Counted from the stretch's first letter, positions 18,451 through 27,926 are shown. The stretch is DNA of 64,000 nucleotides from Planctomycetota bacterium (GCA_038231435.1 JBBRLJ010000007.1:32001-96000); one strand, 5' to 3'. Notes: generated by a model from the letters alone, not told the origin. Translations and numbers: made by a program.

Positions 18451-19050
18451 TCATGCCGAGCCCGGTCGGGACTGGCCCGGAGCTTCTGAGCAGTGGCAGT
18501 CCAGGCACCCATGACGGGCGCAGGTGCGACACACCTGTTCGAGCCGTTCCCGCAGCGCGCCACGCGCTCGGTGACGACGCACCTTGACGTTCCCGATGTC
18601 GATCCCCAGGCGCTTGGCGGTCTGGTCGAGACTGACGCCAGCGAGATCGTCCTGCAGCACGGCGGCGTACTCGGGCTTGAGCTGGGCGATCAGCGGCTTC
18701 ATGCACCGGCAGAGCTCGGCCATGTCTGCTTCCTGGGCGGCGAGATCAGCAGGCATCTCGTGGCTGCGTTTCTGCTCGACATGCCGATGGCGAAGCGCGT
18801 CGGTGATGGTGTTGCGCAGGATGCGGTAGACCCACGCGAGCAACTGCTCATCGTCCCGCACCTCGGGGGCATGCTGGACCGCCTTCAGCATGGCGTCCTG
18901 GACGACGTCGTTCGCCAATGCCGGGTCGCCCACCCGCTTCCGCGCGAATCCGACCAAGGCGTCGAGATGCGGAAGCAGCCGAGCCACCCGATCCCGGGCC
19001 ATGTCCTCATCATCCGCATCGTCCGCATCGTCAGTGGCAGGCTCGTCCAT
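18451..19050 (-). CDS. ECF sigma factor, CorE-like (ECF44 type), with CxC linker and Cys-rich C-terminal domain
   Basis: Sigma2 (DVVQDAMLKA...AWVYRILRN), CRC between sigma2 and sigma4, sigma4 (NVKVRRHRAR), tail CRTCARHGCLDCHC; GGAGG 7 nt upstream of the ATG at 19050. Confidence 0.85.
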   Translation of the reverse strand: MDEPATDDADDADDEDMARDRVARLLPHLDALVGFARKRVGDPALANDVVQDAMLKAVQHAPEVRDDEQLLAWVYRILRNTITDALRHRHVEQKRSHEMPADLAAQEADMAELCRCMKPLIAQLKPEYAAVLQDDLAGVSLDQTAKRLGIDIGNVKVRRHRARGALRERLEQVCRTCARHGCLDCHCSEAPGQSRPGSA

Positions 19051-19561
19051 GCGTGAGCCTCCAGGCATTATATGGCAACGGAACCAGGAACCCCGCGACC
19101 TCGCCCAGCGCCAGGATGCCCGCATACGCGGTCATGGTCAGGTGCATGCGGTTGCCGCCGGTCAAACCCAGGTCGACCAGGTTCATCGCCGTCTCCATGG
19201 CGACCATGGACACGAAGCTCATCGCGAAGGCCATGCGCATGGCCTTCGCGACCTGATGCCCCCGACGCACGAGCCAGGCGGTTTCCAGCGCGATCGAGGT
19301 CGCCAGGCCAGCGACGATGGCCGTGACCATGACGGACCACATCGGGACATGTGGGAACCATGCCCAACTCGCCATGACCACCCCGACGTCTCCGATCGTA
19401 CAGCCGAGCAGGCAGACGGCGGTGTTCGAGGCTGCACGCCGCCACGGCCAGGGCTTTCGCACGGCGATGGGCGCGGCTCGGGCGGTCGCCGTGGCCGGTC
19501 GGCAGCAGGCTGAAGGAGCATCCGGCCGACCGTGTTCGGGCATCGTACAGTGAGTCGTCAT
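19031..19561 (-). CDS. DUF4396-like Met/Cys-rich membrane protein
   Basis: NTAVCLLGCTIGD, AMSFVSMVAMETAMN..D, GFLVPLPYN; four hydrophobic segments; GAGG SD. Confidence 0.8.
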   Translation of the reverse strand: MTTHCTMPEHGRPDAPSACCRPATATARAAPIAVRKPWPWRRAASNTAVCLLGCTIGDVGVVMASWAWFPHVPMWSVMVTAIVAGLATSIALETAWLVRRGHQVAKAMRMAFAMSFVSMVAMETAMNLVDLGLTGGNRMHLTMTAYAGILALGEVAGFLVPLPYNAWRLTHGRACH

Positions 19562-19631
19562 GGTTCACCTCGTCCTACCCTTGCTGACGGGAGCGCCCAC
19601 TCCGGGTTACAGCACGAGGTCACGCGCGTCA

Positions 19632-22600
19632 TCAATGCTGCCGACGCGCCTCCAGCTGCGCGATGCGCCAGCGCGCGAAGATCTCCCACGTGGGGTCTGC
19701 GATCGCGCCACGGCGATACAGGGGCTGCTCGAGGAATGCCCGGTATTCGGCGATGGCCTGCTCGGTATCCCCTGACAGTTCCCAGCGCATGCCCAGCGTG
19801 CGATGGGCTTCCGCCTCGGCATAGAGATGGTGCGGCTGAGCGAGGAATTCTTCGACCGATATGGCTTTCTGCAGCAGGCGCGCCTGGAACCACGGCTTCT
19901 GCTCAAAACGATATCGATCCTTCGCCAGGCGAGACAGCGACTCGCGCAGCGGCGCGGGTTCCCCGTCCATGGCGGTGACGAACGGGACCATCAGTCCGCG
20001 GTTGAGCCAGGTGCTCTCGTTCGAACTCGGAATTGCCATCGCCTCCGCGAAGCGGCGTTGCCCGAGGCCGCGATCTCCATGCGCTAAGGCTTCGATGCCC
20101 AGAAGGTAGCCGGCCCAGGCTTTGCGATCATCGGTCATGGACAGGCGGAGGAGTTCATCCCCATGCGTCTGAGCCAGCGCGGCGTACCACATCTGAGCAG
20201 GGTCGTTCACCTCGCTAGCCCGGCCGCCAAGGCACAGGGCCTGCGCGGCCTGTCCGGTATCGGGTGGGGCGATCCGCTGGGCCTCGTCGAATCTTCCCAG
20301 AGCGCACAGCGCGGTGGCGACGACGTACGGGTGGTCCGGGTATTTCTCCAGCGCTTGTTGCGGATCACCGCGATCGACGAGGCCGATCCCGTAGGCCTCG
20401 TCCGCCGGATTGATCTGTTCGGACTGCCCGGTCATCACCAACGCCTGGGATCTCAACCAGCGTTGCTCGGGATAGTCGTGAATCACGATCTCCGGACGTC
20501 CCATCGCGAGCAAGGCCCGGCAGCACACGACGTGCAGATGCGGATATCGCTTCAGCACGTCCTCGTTCCGCCCCAATACCACCAGGGCCGACGCATCGAC
20601 GAAGTCCAGGCTCGGCTCGTCCGGAAACAGCTGATCGCGAAGCGCGCGGTATTTTTCCAGCACATGGGCATCGTCCTTCGACATCAGGTCGGTCATGTAG
20701 TGGGCCCAGCACCCCTCGAGGGCGATCCGCTGCCTGGCGTCGATGCTGGAGAAGAGCGCGGGAAAGCCGTCGAGCAGCTGCTGATGCTCTCCGTGCAGGA
20801 AGCGCAGGTCCATCTCGCGCATGCGCACCATGGGGGACATGTCCGTGTGCAGGAGCGGCGCCCAGATCCTGAAGGCCTGGTCGACATCGTTCTGGCGGTA
20901 CAGGCAGAGCCCGTGCCGATAGAGCGCGTCATCGCCGAGCAGCGTTCCGGGATGCGAGCGATAGACCCGTCCGTAGGCGCGAGCCGCATTCACGAAGTCG
21001 CCGCCGCGTGCGTAACCGTCGCCGAGGGCGGTGGCAGGGATCTTCTTCGGCAGCCCGCGGTCGAAGATCCTGACATGCGAAAAGGCCTTGCCCGGATACC
21101 AGGCGCGCAGCCCGAAGTAGCCGCCGGCGAAGGGGAAGGGCTCATCCGAACTCAGGAGGAGCCTCCCATCGACCATCATGCGGATGACCGATCCCTCGAT
21201 TTCGACCCTGACGTGATAGGTCTTCCCGACCTCAGGATGGGCGTTGCTGTAGATGCACGACTGGGGAGTGGCGAGGACGGAGCACGAGTCGTCGTAGGAG
21301 CCGAATTGGGTGACATAAGCATCGGTGGCGCCGGCCACCCGGCCGGTGGACTTGTCGAGAGCGATGTCGCGTGCCCACATCACCGAGATGTCGCAGGGAT
21401 CGTTGCCTGGCAGCAGCTCCCCGTCGAATTCGATGGCCGAGTCGCCCTCGAGGTGCTCGGTGAAGAAGATCGCCGATTCGAGATCTCCGGTGCTCACCAA
21501 TTTTTCGCCCTGGACGGAGAAGCTCCCGATCTTGGTGGCCCACTGCCTCGCCCAGCGCGGGCTCGCGGGATTTTCGATGTTGATCGCGGTTCCCCACTCG
21601 GCGAATTCCGCGAGACGTTCTCCGTAGACGAGCGCGATGACCGCCACCAGCGAGGCCAGCGCCACCGCCGCCGTCCAGAACATGCGGAAGTTGCGCCGAT
21701 GCCATCTCAGCACGGTGGTGAGGATGGATTCGCGATGCGCCAGGACGCGCAGGCCGTTCTGGAAACGCACGAGATCGAGGACCATCTCTCCGGCGTCCTG
21801 GTAACGCGCTTCCGCGTCCGCCGCGAGCGCTTTCATCACGATGTCGACCAGCGCCATGGGAACACCGGCGAGCTCCTCGGCCGAGAGCGGATCCACGATC
21901 CCCTTCGATTTCTTCTCCATGAAGTCGGCGGCGCTGTCGGACCAGGTGGGGACCCTCAGGAACAGCGCATGGAAGAGCGTGGCGCCGAGCGAATACACGT
22001 CGCTGCGCTTGTCCACCCGCTCGCGGCGCGCCTGCTCCGGACTCATGTAGAGCGGGGTCCCGTAGATGTCAGTGGATCCGGCCTCCTGGAGCCGGATCGC
22101 GCAACCCCAATCGACCAGCAGGACCTCGCCGAACTTGGCGATCATGATGTTCGCCGGCTTGATGTCCTGGTGGACGATGCCCAGCGAGTGCGTGTATGCC
22201 GTCGCTTGCGATACGCTGATCAAGACGTTCACGATCTTGGCGACGGAGTCTATGCAGGGATGCCGCTTCCCGGCTCTCGCCCCAGAGACTGAGGCCGCGC
22301 TCGACCCATCGATGGCCGCGTCGAGCGAGATGCCATCGATGATCTTCGAGATGCAGCACGGATGGCCGCGTTCGTCGAGCTGGATGTCGTAGACAGGGGG
22401 GATGTTGGCGTGCGACAACGAGGCGGTCAGGGCGGCTTCCTGCAGGAACTTCTCGGTTCCCTGCGGATCCGACTGCGGCGACTCGGCGAGTATCTTGACG
22501 GCGACGTTGCGATCGAGGTCCGTGTCCTTGGTGGCGTAGACGGAGCTGGTGGCGCCGACGCCGAGGAGATTCTCGAGGGTGTACCGGCGATCCTCGGCCG

Positions 22601-22793
22601 GGGATCCGCCAGGGCCCGATCCCACGCCGCCGCCTGAACGCAGCTGGAACGTGATCGAGACCGGCCTCAGCCGGGACGAAGGGTTCGCGTTCGCGTCACG
22701 CGCGGTATCGGTGTCCGGCTTGGCGACCTTGGTCGAACCGCCTCGGAGCGCCCGGGTCCGAGCCGCGTCCTCACGGCGATTCGCATCATCCAT
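19632..22793 (-). CDS. Membrane Ser/Thr protein kinase (paralogue of 8398-11622): kinase - TM - ConA/LamG-like domain - TPR-like repeats
   Basis: LGVGATSSVY, VAVKIL, HQDIKPAN, DWG, YGTPLYMSPEQ, SDVYSLG; TM FWTAAVALASLVAVIALVYG; TPR-like GDGYARGGDFVNAARAY...ALYRHG. Confidence 0.9.
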   Translation of the reverse strand: MDDANRREDAARTRALRGGSTKVAKPDTDTARDANANPSSRLRPVSITFQLRSGGGVGSGPGGSPAEDRRYTLENLLGVGATSSVYATKDTDLDRNVAVKILAESPQSDPQGTEKFLQEAALTASLSHANIPPVYDIQLDERGHPCCISKIIDGISLDAAIDGSSAASVSGARAGKRHPCIDSVAKIVNVLISVSQATAYTHSLGIVHQDIKPANIMIAKFGEVLLVDWGCAIRLQEAGSTDIYGTPLYMSPEQARRERVDKRSDVYSLGATLFHALFLRVPTWSDSAADFMEKKSKGIVDPLSAEELAGVPMALVDIVMKALAADAEARYQDAGEMVLDLVRFQNGLRVLAHRESILTTVLRWHRRNFRMFWTAAVALASLVAVIALVYGERLAEFAEWGTAINIENPASPRWARQWATKIGSFSVQGEKLVSTGDLESAIFFTEHLEGDSAIEFDGELLPGNDPCDISVMWARDIALDKSTGRVAGATDAYVTQFGSYDDSCSVLATPQSCIYSNAHPEVGKTYHVRVEIEGSVIRMMVDGRLLLSSDEPFPFAGGYFGLRAWYPGKAFSHVRIFDRGLPKKIPATALGDGYARGGDFVNAARAYGRVYRSHPGTLLGDDALYRHGLCLYRQNDVDQAFRIWAPLLHTDMSPMVRMREMDLRFLHGEHQQLLDGFPALFSSIDARQRIALEGCWAHYMTDLMSKDDAHVLEKYRALRDQLFPDEPSLDFVDASALVVLGRNEDVLKRYPHLHVVCCRALLAMGRPEIVIHDYPEQRWLRSQALVMTGQSEQINPADEAYGIGLVDRGDPQQALEKYPDHPYVVATALCALGRFDEAQRIAPPDTGQAAQALCLGGRASEVNDPAQMWYAALAQTHGDELLRLSMTDDRKAWAGYLLGIEALAHGDRGLGQRRFAEAMAIPSSNESTWLNRGLMVPFVTAMDGEPAPLRESLSRLAKDRYRFEQKPWFQARLLQKAISVEEFLAQPHHLYAEAEAHRTLGMRWELSGDTEQAIAEYRAFLEQPLYRRGAIADPTWEIFARWRIAQLEARRQH

Positions 22794-22978
22794 CGCCCGA
22801 GATTAGACGGGATTCCGCACCTCACCACTGGGGGGATTCTTCCGTGTGGAATCATCGGGCCGGCGTCGACCCTTCCAGGTGTTGCACCCGTTCACGTCCA
22901 GGGCCGGGCTCCAGACGCCAGCCCGTCCGTATCCAGATCAGGACGGACGGGCTGGCCGAGGGATGGTCTCCAGCGTCT

Positions 22979-25582
22979 TCAGCCGGCGCCTCCTGGCGGA
23001 TGCACCACCAGCTCCAGCACGTTGAGGTAGCCGTACTGCGAGGCCCCGCCCGCGGTGACCACCACGCGGATGGTGCCATCGGGCGCCGGAGTCAGTCCGA
23101 GGAACTGTGCGGTGGCGGTGGTGTTGTTCGTGGCGTTGAGCGATTTGGCCTGGCCATTGACCGTGTACACCGTGGTGCGGTCGTCGTTCGCGGCGCGCGA
23201 GGCGAAGAGGATCAGATCGAAGGTCGCTCCGGGCGGGAGCTGCGAGATGACCACATCGGCATGCGGCACGGCGGCGTAGCGGTCTACCCACAACGCGGTC
23301 TTCTGCGCGGTGCTCGGATAGAGCGCAGTCGAGTCGACGCCGAAGTCGTTGCTGTTGCCGAAGGGCTGGGTCACGGCGATGCGCACCCCGCTCGCCGCCC
23401 CGGTGGTGTCGACCGCATTGGCGATCGTGCTCGCCATGCCGAGCGCGTTCATGGTGGTGGTCGCGGTGCCGGCGGCGTCGACCACGATATGGCTGGCGAT
23501 CGACGTACCTCGGGCGCTGCCGCCCACGGTCCAATTGTACGGGCTCTCGTTGGCGTCGGTGTTGGTCACCGCGACGGTGAAGCTCCAGGCTCCTGGCGCG
23601 CTCGGCGTCACGGTCAGCACCATCACGGTGGTGCCGCCGGCCGCGACGCTGGTCCCTGGCTGTCCGACGCTGACCGAGCAGTTGCTCGCTCCGCTGATCG
23701 ACACCGGCGTGGTGATCGACAAACCGCCAGCACCGCTGTTGACCAAGGCATAGCTCAGGGTGGTGGCCGAGCCCGCGATGGCACCGGTGACGGACTCGCT
23801 GCCGCCATCGGCGATCGCGATCCCAGCGCGGCTGATGTCCAGCTCAGGCGCGGCGGCCACGCCGCCGGCGTTGCCACCCACCGTCCAATTGTAGGGGCTC
23901 TCGTTGGCATCCGTATTCGTCACCGCGATGGTGAAATTCCAAGCTCCTGGCGCGTTCGGGGTCACAGTGATCACCATGACGGTGGTGCCGCCGGCGGCGA
24001 CGCTGGTCCCTGGCTGACCGACGCTGACCGAGCAGTTGCTCGCTCCGCTGATCGACACCGGTGTGGTGATCGACAACCCGCCAGCGCCGCTGTTGACCAG
24101 GGCATAGCTCAGGGTGGTGGCCGAACCCGCGGTGGTACCCGTGACGGACTCGCTGCCGCCATCGGCGATCGCGATCCCAGCGCGGCTGATGTCCAGCTCA
24201 GGCGCTGCGGCCGCGCCGCCGGCACTTCCACCCACCGTCCAATTGTAGGGGCTCTCGTTGGCATCGGTATTGGTCACGGCGATGACGAAGCTCCAGGCTC
24301 CAGGTGCGTTCGGCGTGACGCTCAGCGTCATGACCGTGCCGCCGGCGGCTGCGACGCTGTTCCCAGGCTGTCCGACGCTCACCGAGCAGTTGCTCACGCC
24401 GCTGATTGACACCGGCGTGGTGATCGAGAGCGCAGCGGTGCCGCTGTTGATCAGGGAATAGCTGAGACCGGTGGCGACGCCCGCGGTGGTGCCGGCGACG
24501 CTGTCGGTACCGCCATCGGCTACCGCCACGCCGCCACGGCTGATGTCGAGCTCGGGCGCGGTGGTGGCGCCGCCGCGCGACTGCGCGAACAGCCAGTTCC
24601 ACATGCCGAGGTTGTTGTAGGACTTGATCCAGCCGCCAGCGTGATCGCCATTCTGGTACTGCGTCCAGTTGGGATTCTGTCCGGCGCTCGGTACGGAGCT
24701 GCCTGCGGTCCACGCCCAGCCGCCCGCGGCGGTGAAGTGGCCGGTCTGGTCGCCCGGGGGACGGGCCGCGTCTCCACCGGGGAAGTTCGCGAGCGCGCTG
24801 CTCACCGCATGACCGGCGACGGCGGTTGCGCAAGCATCGACCCATTGGCGGGTGTCGCCCCAGTACACCCGCGAGTCGTCAGCGGAATGGAAGGCCCAGG
24901 TCGGCACATTGAAGCCGAGGTCCGAAGGCCCAGGCGGATTGGCGCCGCAGCAGGGCACGCAAGCGGCGACCTTCGAGGAACCGTAGGCGCGGAGATACTG
25001 CCAGGTGCCGCCGCCGCCCAGGCTCAGACCTGTCACATAGATACGATTGGTATCGACGCGGTAGCGCGCGAGCAGCCAATTCATGAAGGACTCGATCGCG
25101 GCAGCATCCCAATACTGATGCGGCGACTGCGGCGAGATGACGATGCAATTGTTGTCGTTGAACAAGGTGGAGTTGTAGGTGTAGCCGGCGTTCCCCTCGA
25201 TCATCGCCGGTGGACCGTTGTACAGGACCACCGACAGGGGCTGGTTGCCTGGCGGGTAGTCGGCGCACTCGCCGATGCCATGCAGGAACAGCAGCAGCTT
25301 GCAGGGAGTGCTGGACGACTGGTAGTTCGCCGGCAGGTATTCGAAGTAGCCGTACGGCGCGCCGCCATTGGCGCCGAGCGGCTTGGCGGTGTGCGTGCCG
25401 ACGACGGCGGCCGCGAGTGGCGCGAACGCCGCGATGGCGAAGACCAGGGCGGCGCGGATCACGGCCGGGACGAAGGAGGCCCAGCCAGCGCGCGGTCGCG
25501 GCGCTCGCCCGAGACCACGTTCGCCGTCGCGGCCGGACGGGGCCAGCGCGCCGAGGGAGGGGATCGCGAGGGATGTTTTCAT
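22979..25582 (-). CDS. Secreted alpha/beta-hydrolase (esterase/peptidase-like) with three tandem Ig-like repeats and a C-terminal beta-sandwich
   Basis: YGYFEYLP, LLFLHGIGE, RIYVTGLSLGG (nucleophile elbow), WAFHSADD, GDH; three 118-aa APELDISR...ESPYNWTVGG repeats. Confidence 0.8.
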   Translation of the reverse strand: MKTSLAIPSLGALAPSGRDGERGLGRAPRPRAGWASFVPAVIRAALVFAIAAFAPLAAAVVGTHTAKPLGANGGAPYGYFEYLPANYQSSSTPCKLLLFLHGIGECADYPPGNQPLSVVLYNGPPAMIEGNAGYTYNSTLFNDNNCIVISPQSPHQYWDAAAIESFMNWLLARYRVDTNRIYVTGLSLGGGGTWQYLRAYGSSKVAACVPCCGANPPGPSDLGFNVPTWAFHSADDSRVYWGDTRQWVDACATAVAGHAVSSALANFPGGDAARPPGDQTGHFTAAGGWAWTAGSSVPSAGQNPNWTQYQNGDHAGGWIKSYNNLGMWNWLFAQSRGGATTAPELDISRGGVAVADGGTDSVAGTTAGVATGLSYSLINSGTAALSITTPVSISGVSNCSVSVGQPGNSVAAAGGTVMTLSVTPNAPGAWSFVIAVTNTDANESPYNWTVGGSAGGAAAAPELDISRAGIAIADGGSESVTGTTAGSATTLSYALVNSGAGGLSITTPVSISGASNCSVSVGQPGTSVAAGGTTVMVITVTPNAPGAWNFTIAVTNTDANESPYNWTVGGNAGGVAAAPELDISRAGIAIADGGSESVTGAIAGSATTLSYALVNSGAGGLSITTPVSISGASNCSVSVGQPGTSVAAGGTTVMVLTVTPSAPGAWSFTVAVTNTDANESPYNWTVGGSARGTSIASHIVVDAAGTATTTMNALGMASTIANAVDTTGAASGVRIAVTQPFGNSNDFGVDSTALYPSTAQKTALWVDRYAAVPHADVVISQLPPGATFDLILFASRAANDDRTTVYTVNGQAKSLNATNNTTATAQFLGLTPAPDGTIRVVVTAGGASQYGYLNVLELVVHPPGGAG
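23515..24559. repeat. Three tandem 354-bp intragenic repeats
   Basis: Anchor GTCCAATTGTA at 23529, 23883 and 24237 (period 354); protein repeats nearly identical. Confidence 0.9.
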
Positions 25583-25752
25583 GGGTCGCTTTCTTGGTCT
25601 TCTGGAGGTGGTCGTCGGAATGAGGCGGTTGCAGGTGCGTTAGGCAGGGATGAGCTAGCTATGTTCTGCAAGTGATTGCAATATATGGAGATGGGAAAGT
25701 TCTCCGGTTTGTCGGCAAACCGCATTCGTTAGCAATATGGATCTATACGACA

Positions 25753-25783
25753 ACACCATATAAGACCATATATATGGTGTCAA
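25753..25783 (-). promoter_or_regulatory. Sigma70-type promoter (TTGACA-17-TATGGT) overlapped by a palindromic operator, upstream of the hydrolase gene
   Basis: Minus strand TTGACA at 25783-25778 and TATGGT at 25760-25755; inverted repeat ACACCATATA-N8-TATATGGTGT. Confidence 0.7.
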
Positions 25784-25964
25784 CGCGACCCGGATGGGTC
25801 GCCGTTGGGGTGTGATGGACGCCTCTGTAAGCGCAGTGCTCTCGGGGCAATGCGACTACAAAAACGGGACCCCGCCTTCGCTTGATGGCAGCTGAGGACG
25901 CCACCGTCCTCGGCTGCTCCGCCAGGTCATGTTAAGAAGCCCTCGTGCAGCGTTGTCATCCGGC

Positions 25965-26272
25965 ATGGATGACCTGGGGCTGGTCGAGCGGGTGCGAGGA
26001 GGCGATCTCGACGCCTTCGCGTCCCTGATCGATCGCCATCTGCGTTCGGTCAGGGTGTCGGTGGCGATGCGCGCGCTCTCGCCACATCTGGTTGACGAGC
26101 TCGCGCACGACGCCTTCGTGCACGCGTTTCGGTCGCTCGATCGGTTCCATGATGGCGATTTCTGCGCATGGTTGCGCGTGATCGCATGCACCTGCTGCGC
26201 GCCGCGGTGCTTCGCCACGCCCGCGAGTCCTCTCCGCGGGGTCGCTTCAAGGCCCGTCGATCACCTCGGTAG
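25965..26272 (+). pseudogene. Frameshifted, truncated ECF sigma factor (sigma2 only)
   Basis: MDDLGLVERVRGGDLDAFASLIDRH...VDELAHDAFVHAFRSLDRF..GDFCAWLRVIA, then a frame break near 26187; the shifted frame continues HLLRAAVLRHAR; no sigma4 HTH follows. Confidence 0.7.
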
Positions 26273-26355
26273 CGCCGACCACCGCGACCGGCGGCGTGCC
26301 GTACACGTACGACGGCTTGTCGACGGGTACGGAGACCTGCCAGAATTCCCGGCAA

Positions 26356-26372
26356 CCTCATCCGATCTTCAT
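26356..26372 (+). promoter_or_regulatory. PHO-box-like direct repeat (distal, upstream of the porin)
   Basis: CCTCAT-CCGAT-CTTCAT, 11-bp period. Confidence 0.45.
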
Positions 26373-26524
26373 CCAATCGCATAGCCTGGCTCGCAGGAAT
26401 GAGACCTGGATCTGTCCAGGCATCCCGCACGGCGCCCACACCGCCGTGCTTTTTTGTGCCCATGCTCGGGCCGCCGCTCCGCCCGCCCAGGCGAGGGCGG
26501 ATCTACTTGGAGAACCTTCCCATT

Positions 26525-26541
26525 CTTCATCAGGCCTTCAC
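26525..26541 (+). promoter_or_regulatory. PHO-box-like direct repeat upstream of the porin
   Basis: CTTCAT-CAGGC-CTTCAC, 11-bp period. Confidence 0.6.
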
Positions 26542-26647
26542 GAGAAGGGTCATCATCCACCTCGGCGCCGCGCGCCACGGACGACGACCGGCGCTACATC
26601 AACCCCCGCTCCATCCACCCCGGAGCCCTTCAGCAAAGAGCCCATCG

Positions 26648-27886
26648 ATGACCCTCTCCAAAGCCATCCCTTCCCTCATCGCCATCGCCGGGCTTGTGCC
26701 GGCCGCCTGCGCGCTCGAGATTACGGATGACACCCTGAAACTCCAGATCGGGCTCACCGTCCAGGCGCGAGCCGAGAATGCCACGGCGCACGATACGAAG
26801 GGCGCCAATTACAGCGTGCTGGGCGGTTCCGATGGAGCCAACGATCCGGTGAACTTCAGCCTGCCACGCGTACACCTCACATTCCGCGGAACCTACACGC
26901 CCAATTGGGTGTTCCGCGCCACCCTCCAGGATGAAGGCGTCGACCAGACCGGTACCTCGCCGCAGAATTCCAGCACTACCGCCAACAGCAATCGCGGCAT
27001 CTCCACGCGCTACGCCTGGATCCAGCGCGTCGACAAGTTCGACGACCTCACCAACATCCTCCAGTTCGGGCTCGACAAGCCGTTCTTCAATGACGCCGAC
27101 TACACCGATGACAAGAACCTGTTGTTCCCCGAGCGGCGCGCCGCCGCCGCCCTGCTCAAGGCGCGAGATGTCGGAGCCGGATACCGTTTGTCCGGACCGG
27201 TGTTCACCGTCGGTTTCGACGTCCAGAACGGCCTCAACGCCAAGGCCTACAACGCCAACAATCAGAACACCAAGTCCGGATACATGACCACCGCCCGGCT
27301 CGAGCTCTCGCCGGGCGCGGAATGGAAGCCGGCCGCGCATACCGAAACGTACATCGGCAAGGAAGGGCATCATCTCGTGCTCGGCGCCGATATCGGCCGC
27401 GACGGGAACAACCTCGGCGCGGGAGCCACCATTAAGCGCTCTACCATGAGCTATGGGGCCGATGTGCTCTTCCACTGGAACGGCCTGACCACGATCGCCG
27501 AATTCCGCGCCCAGAAGCGCAGCGACGAGTCGTTCGTAGGCGCCCCGACCGCGGAGCTCAAGTCGCGGATCTGGGACATCCAGGCAGGCTACGCGATGCC
27601 CTTCGCCGGAACCGTCATCGAGCCCGCGGTGCGCTTCTCGAAGATCGACAACAACACCGACGCCACCGAGACCGTCAATTTCGGCGGCGACACCACCGGA
27701 GCCATCGGCGCGGGCACCAAGGACCCCGACCACGGTGCTTCAGGGAAGGAGTTCGAGGCGGGGGTGAATTTCTATCCCAACGGCAACAACAAGAGCAAGT
27801 TCCAGCTGGCCGTGACGCGGTGGAGCGCCGAGTCGGGGGATGCCAGCGCGACCATCGTGCGCCTGCAGCAGCAGTTCTGCTTCTGA
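26648..27886 (+). CDS. Outer-membrane porin, OprO/OprP (phosphate-selective)-like
   Basis: Signal peptide MTLSKAIP...ACA; amphipathic beta-strands; QFGLDKPFF, LLFPER, RDVG motifs; terminal Phe; next to the pst operon. Confidence 0.7.
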   Translation: MTLSKAIPSLIAIAGLVPAACALEITDDTLKLQIGLTVQARAENATAHDTKGANYSVLGGSDGANDPVNFSLPRVHLTFRGTYTPNWVFRATLQDEGVDQTGTSPQNSSTTANSNRGISTRYAWIQRVDKFDDLTNILQFGLDKPFFNDADYTDDKNLLFPERRAAAALLKARDVGAGYRLSGPVFTVGFDVQNGLNAKAYNANNQNTKSGYMTTARLELSPGAEWKPAAHTETYIGKEGHHLVLGADIGRDGNNLGAGATIKRSTMSYGADVLFHWNGLTTIAEFRAQKRSDESFVGAPTAELKSRIWDIQAGYAMPFAGTVIEPAVRFSKIDNNTDATETVNFGGDTTGAIGAGTKDPDHGASGKEFEAGVNFYPNGNNKSKFQLAVTRWSAESGDASATIVRLQQQFCF

Positions 27887-27898
27887 TGCAATGACTCA

Positions 27899-27926
27899 CG
27901 CTCGCGCCGGATGTCCGGCGCGAGCG
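27899..27926. terminator. GC-rich hairpin immediately after the porin gene
   Basis: CGCTCGCGCCGG-ATGT-CCGGCGCGAGCG, perfect 12-bp stem; no clear U-tract. Confidence 0.5.

Noticed and set aside
25706..25750. GGCAAACC resembling the start of a c-di-GMP-I riboswitch
   Set aside because: Lacks the GAAA tetraloop and GACGCAAAGC; it is simply one arm of a short palindrome
25753..25780. NrdR box
   Set aside because: The register of the ATAT core does not fit the NrdR consensus, and no ribonucleotide reductase gene is adjacent
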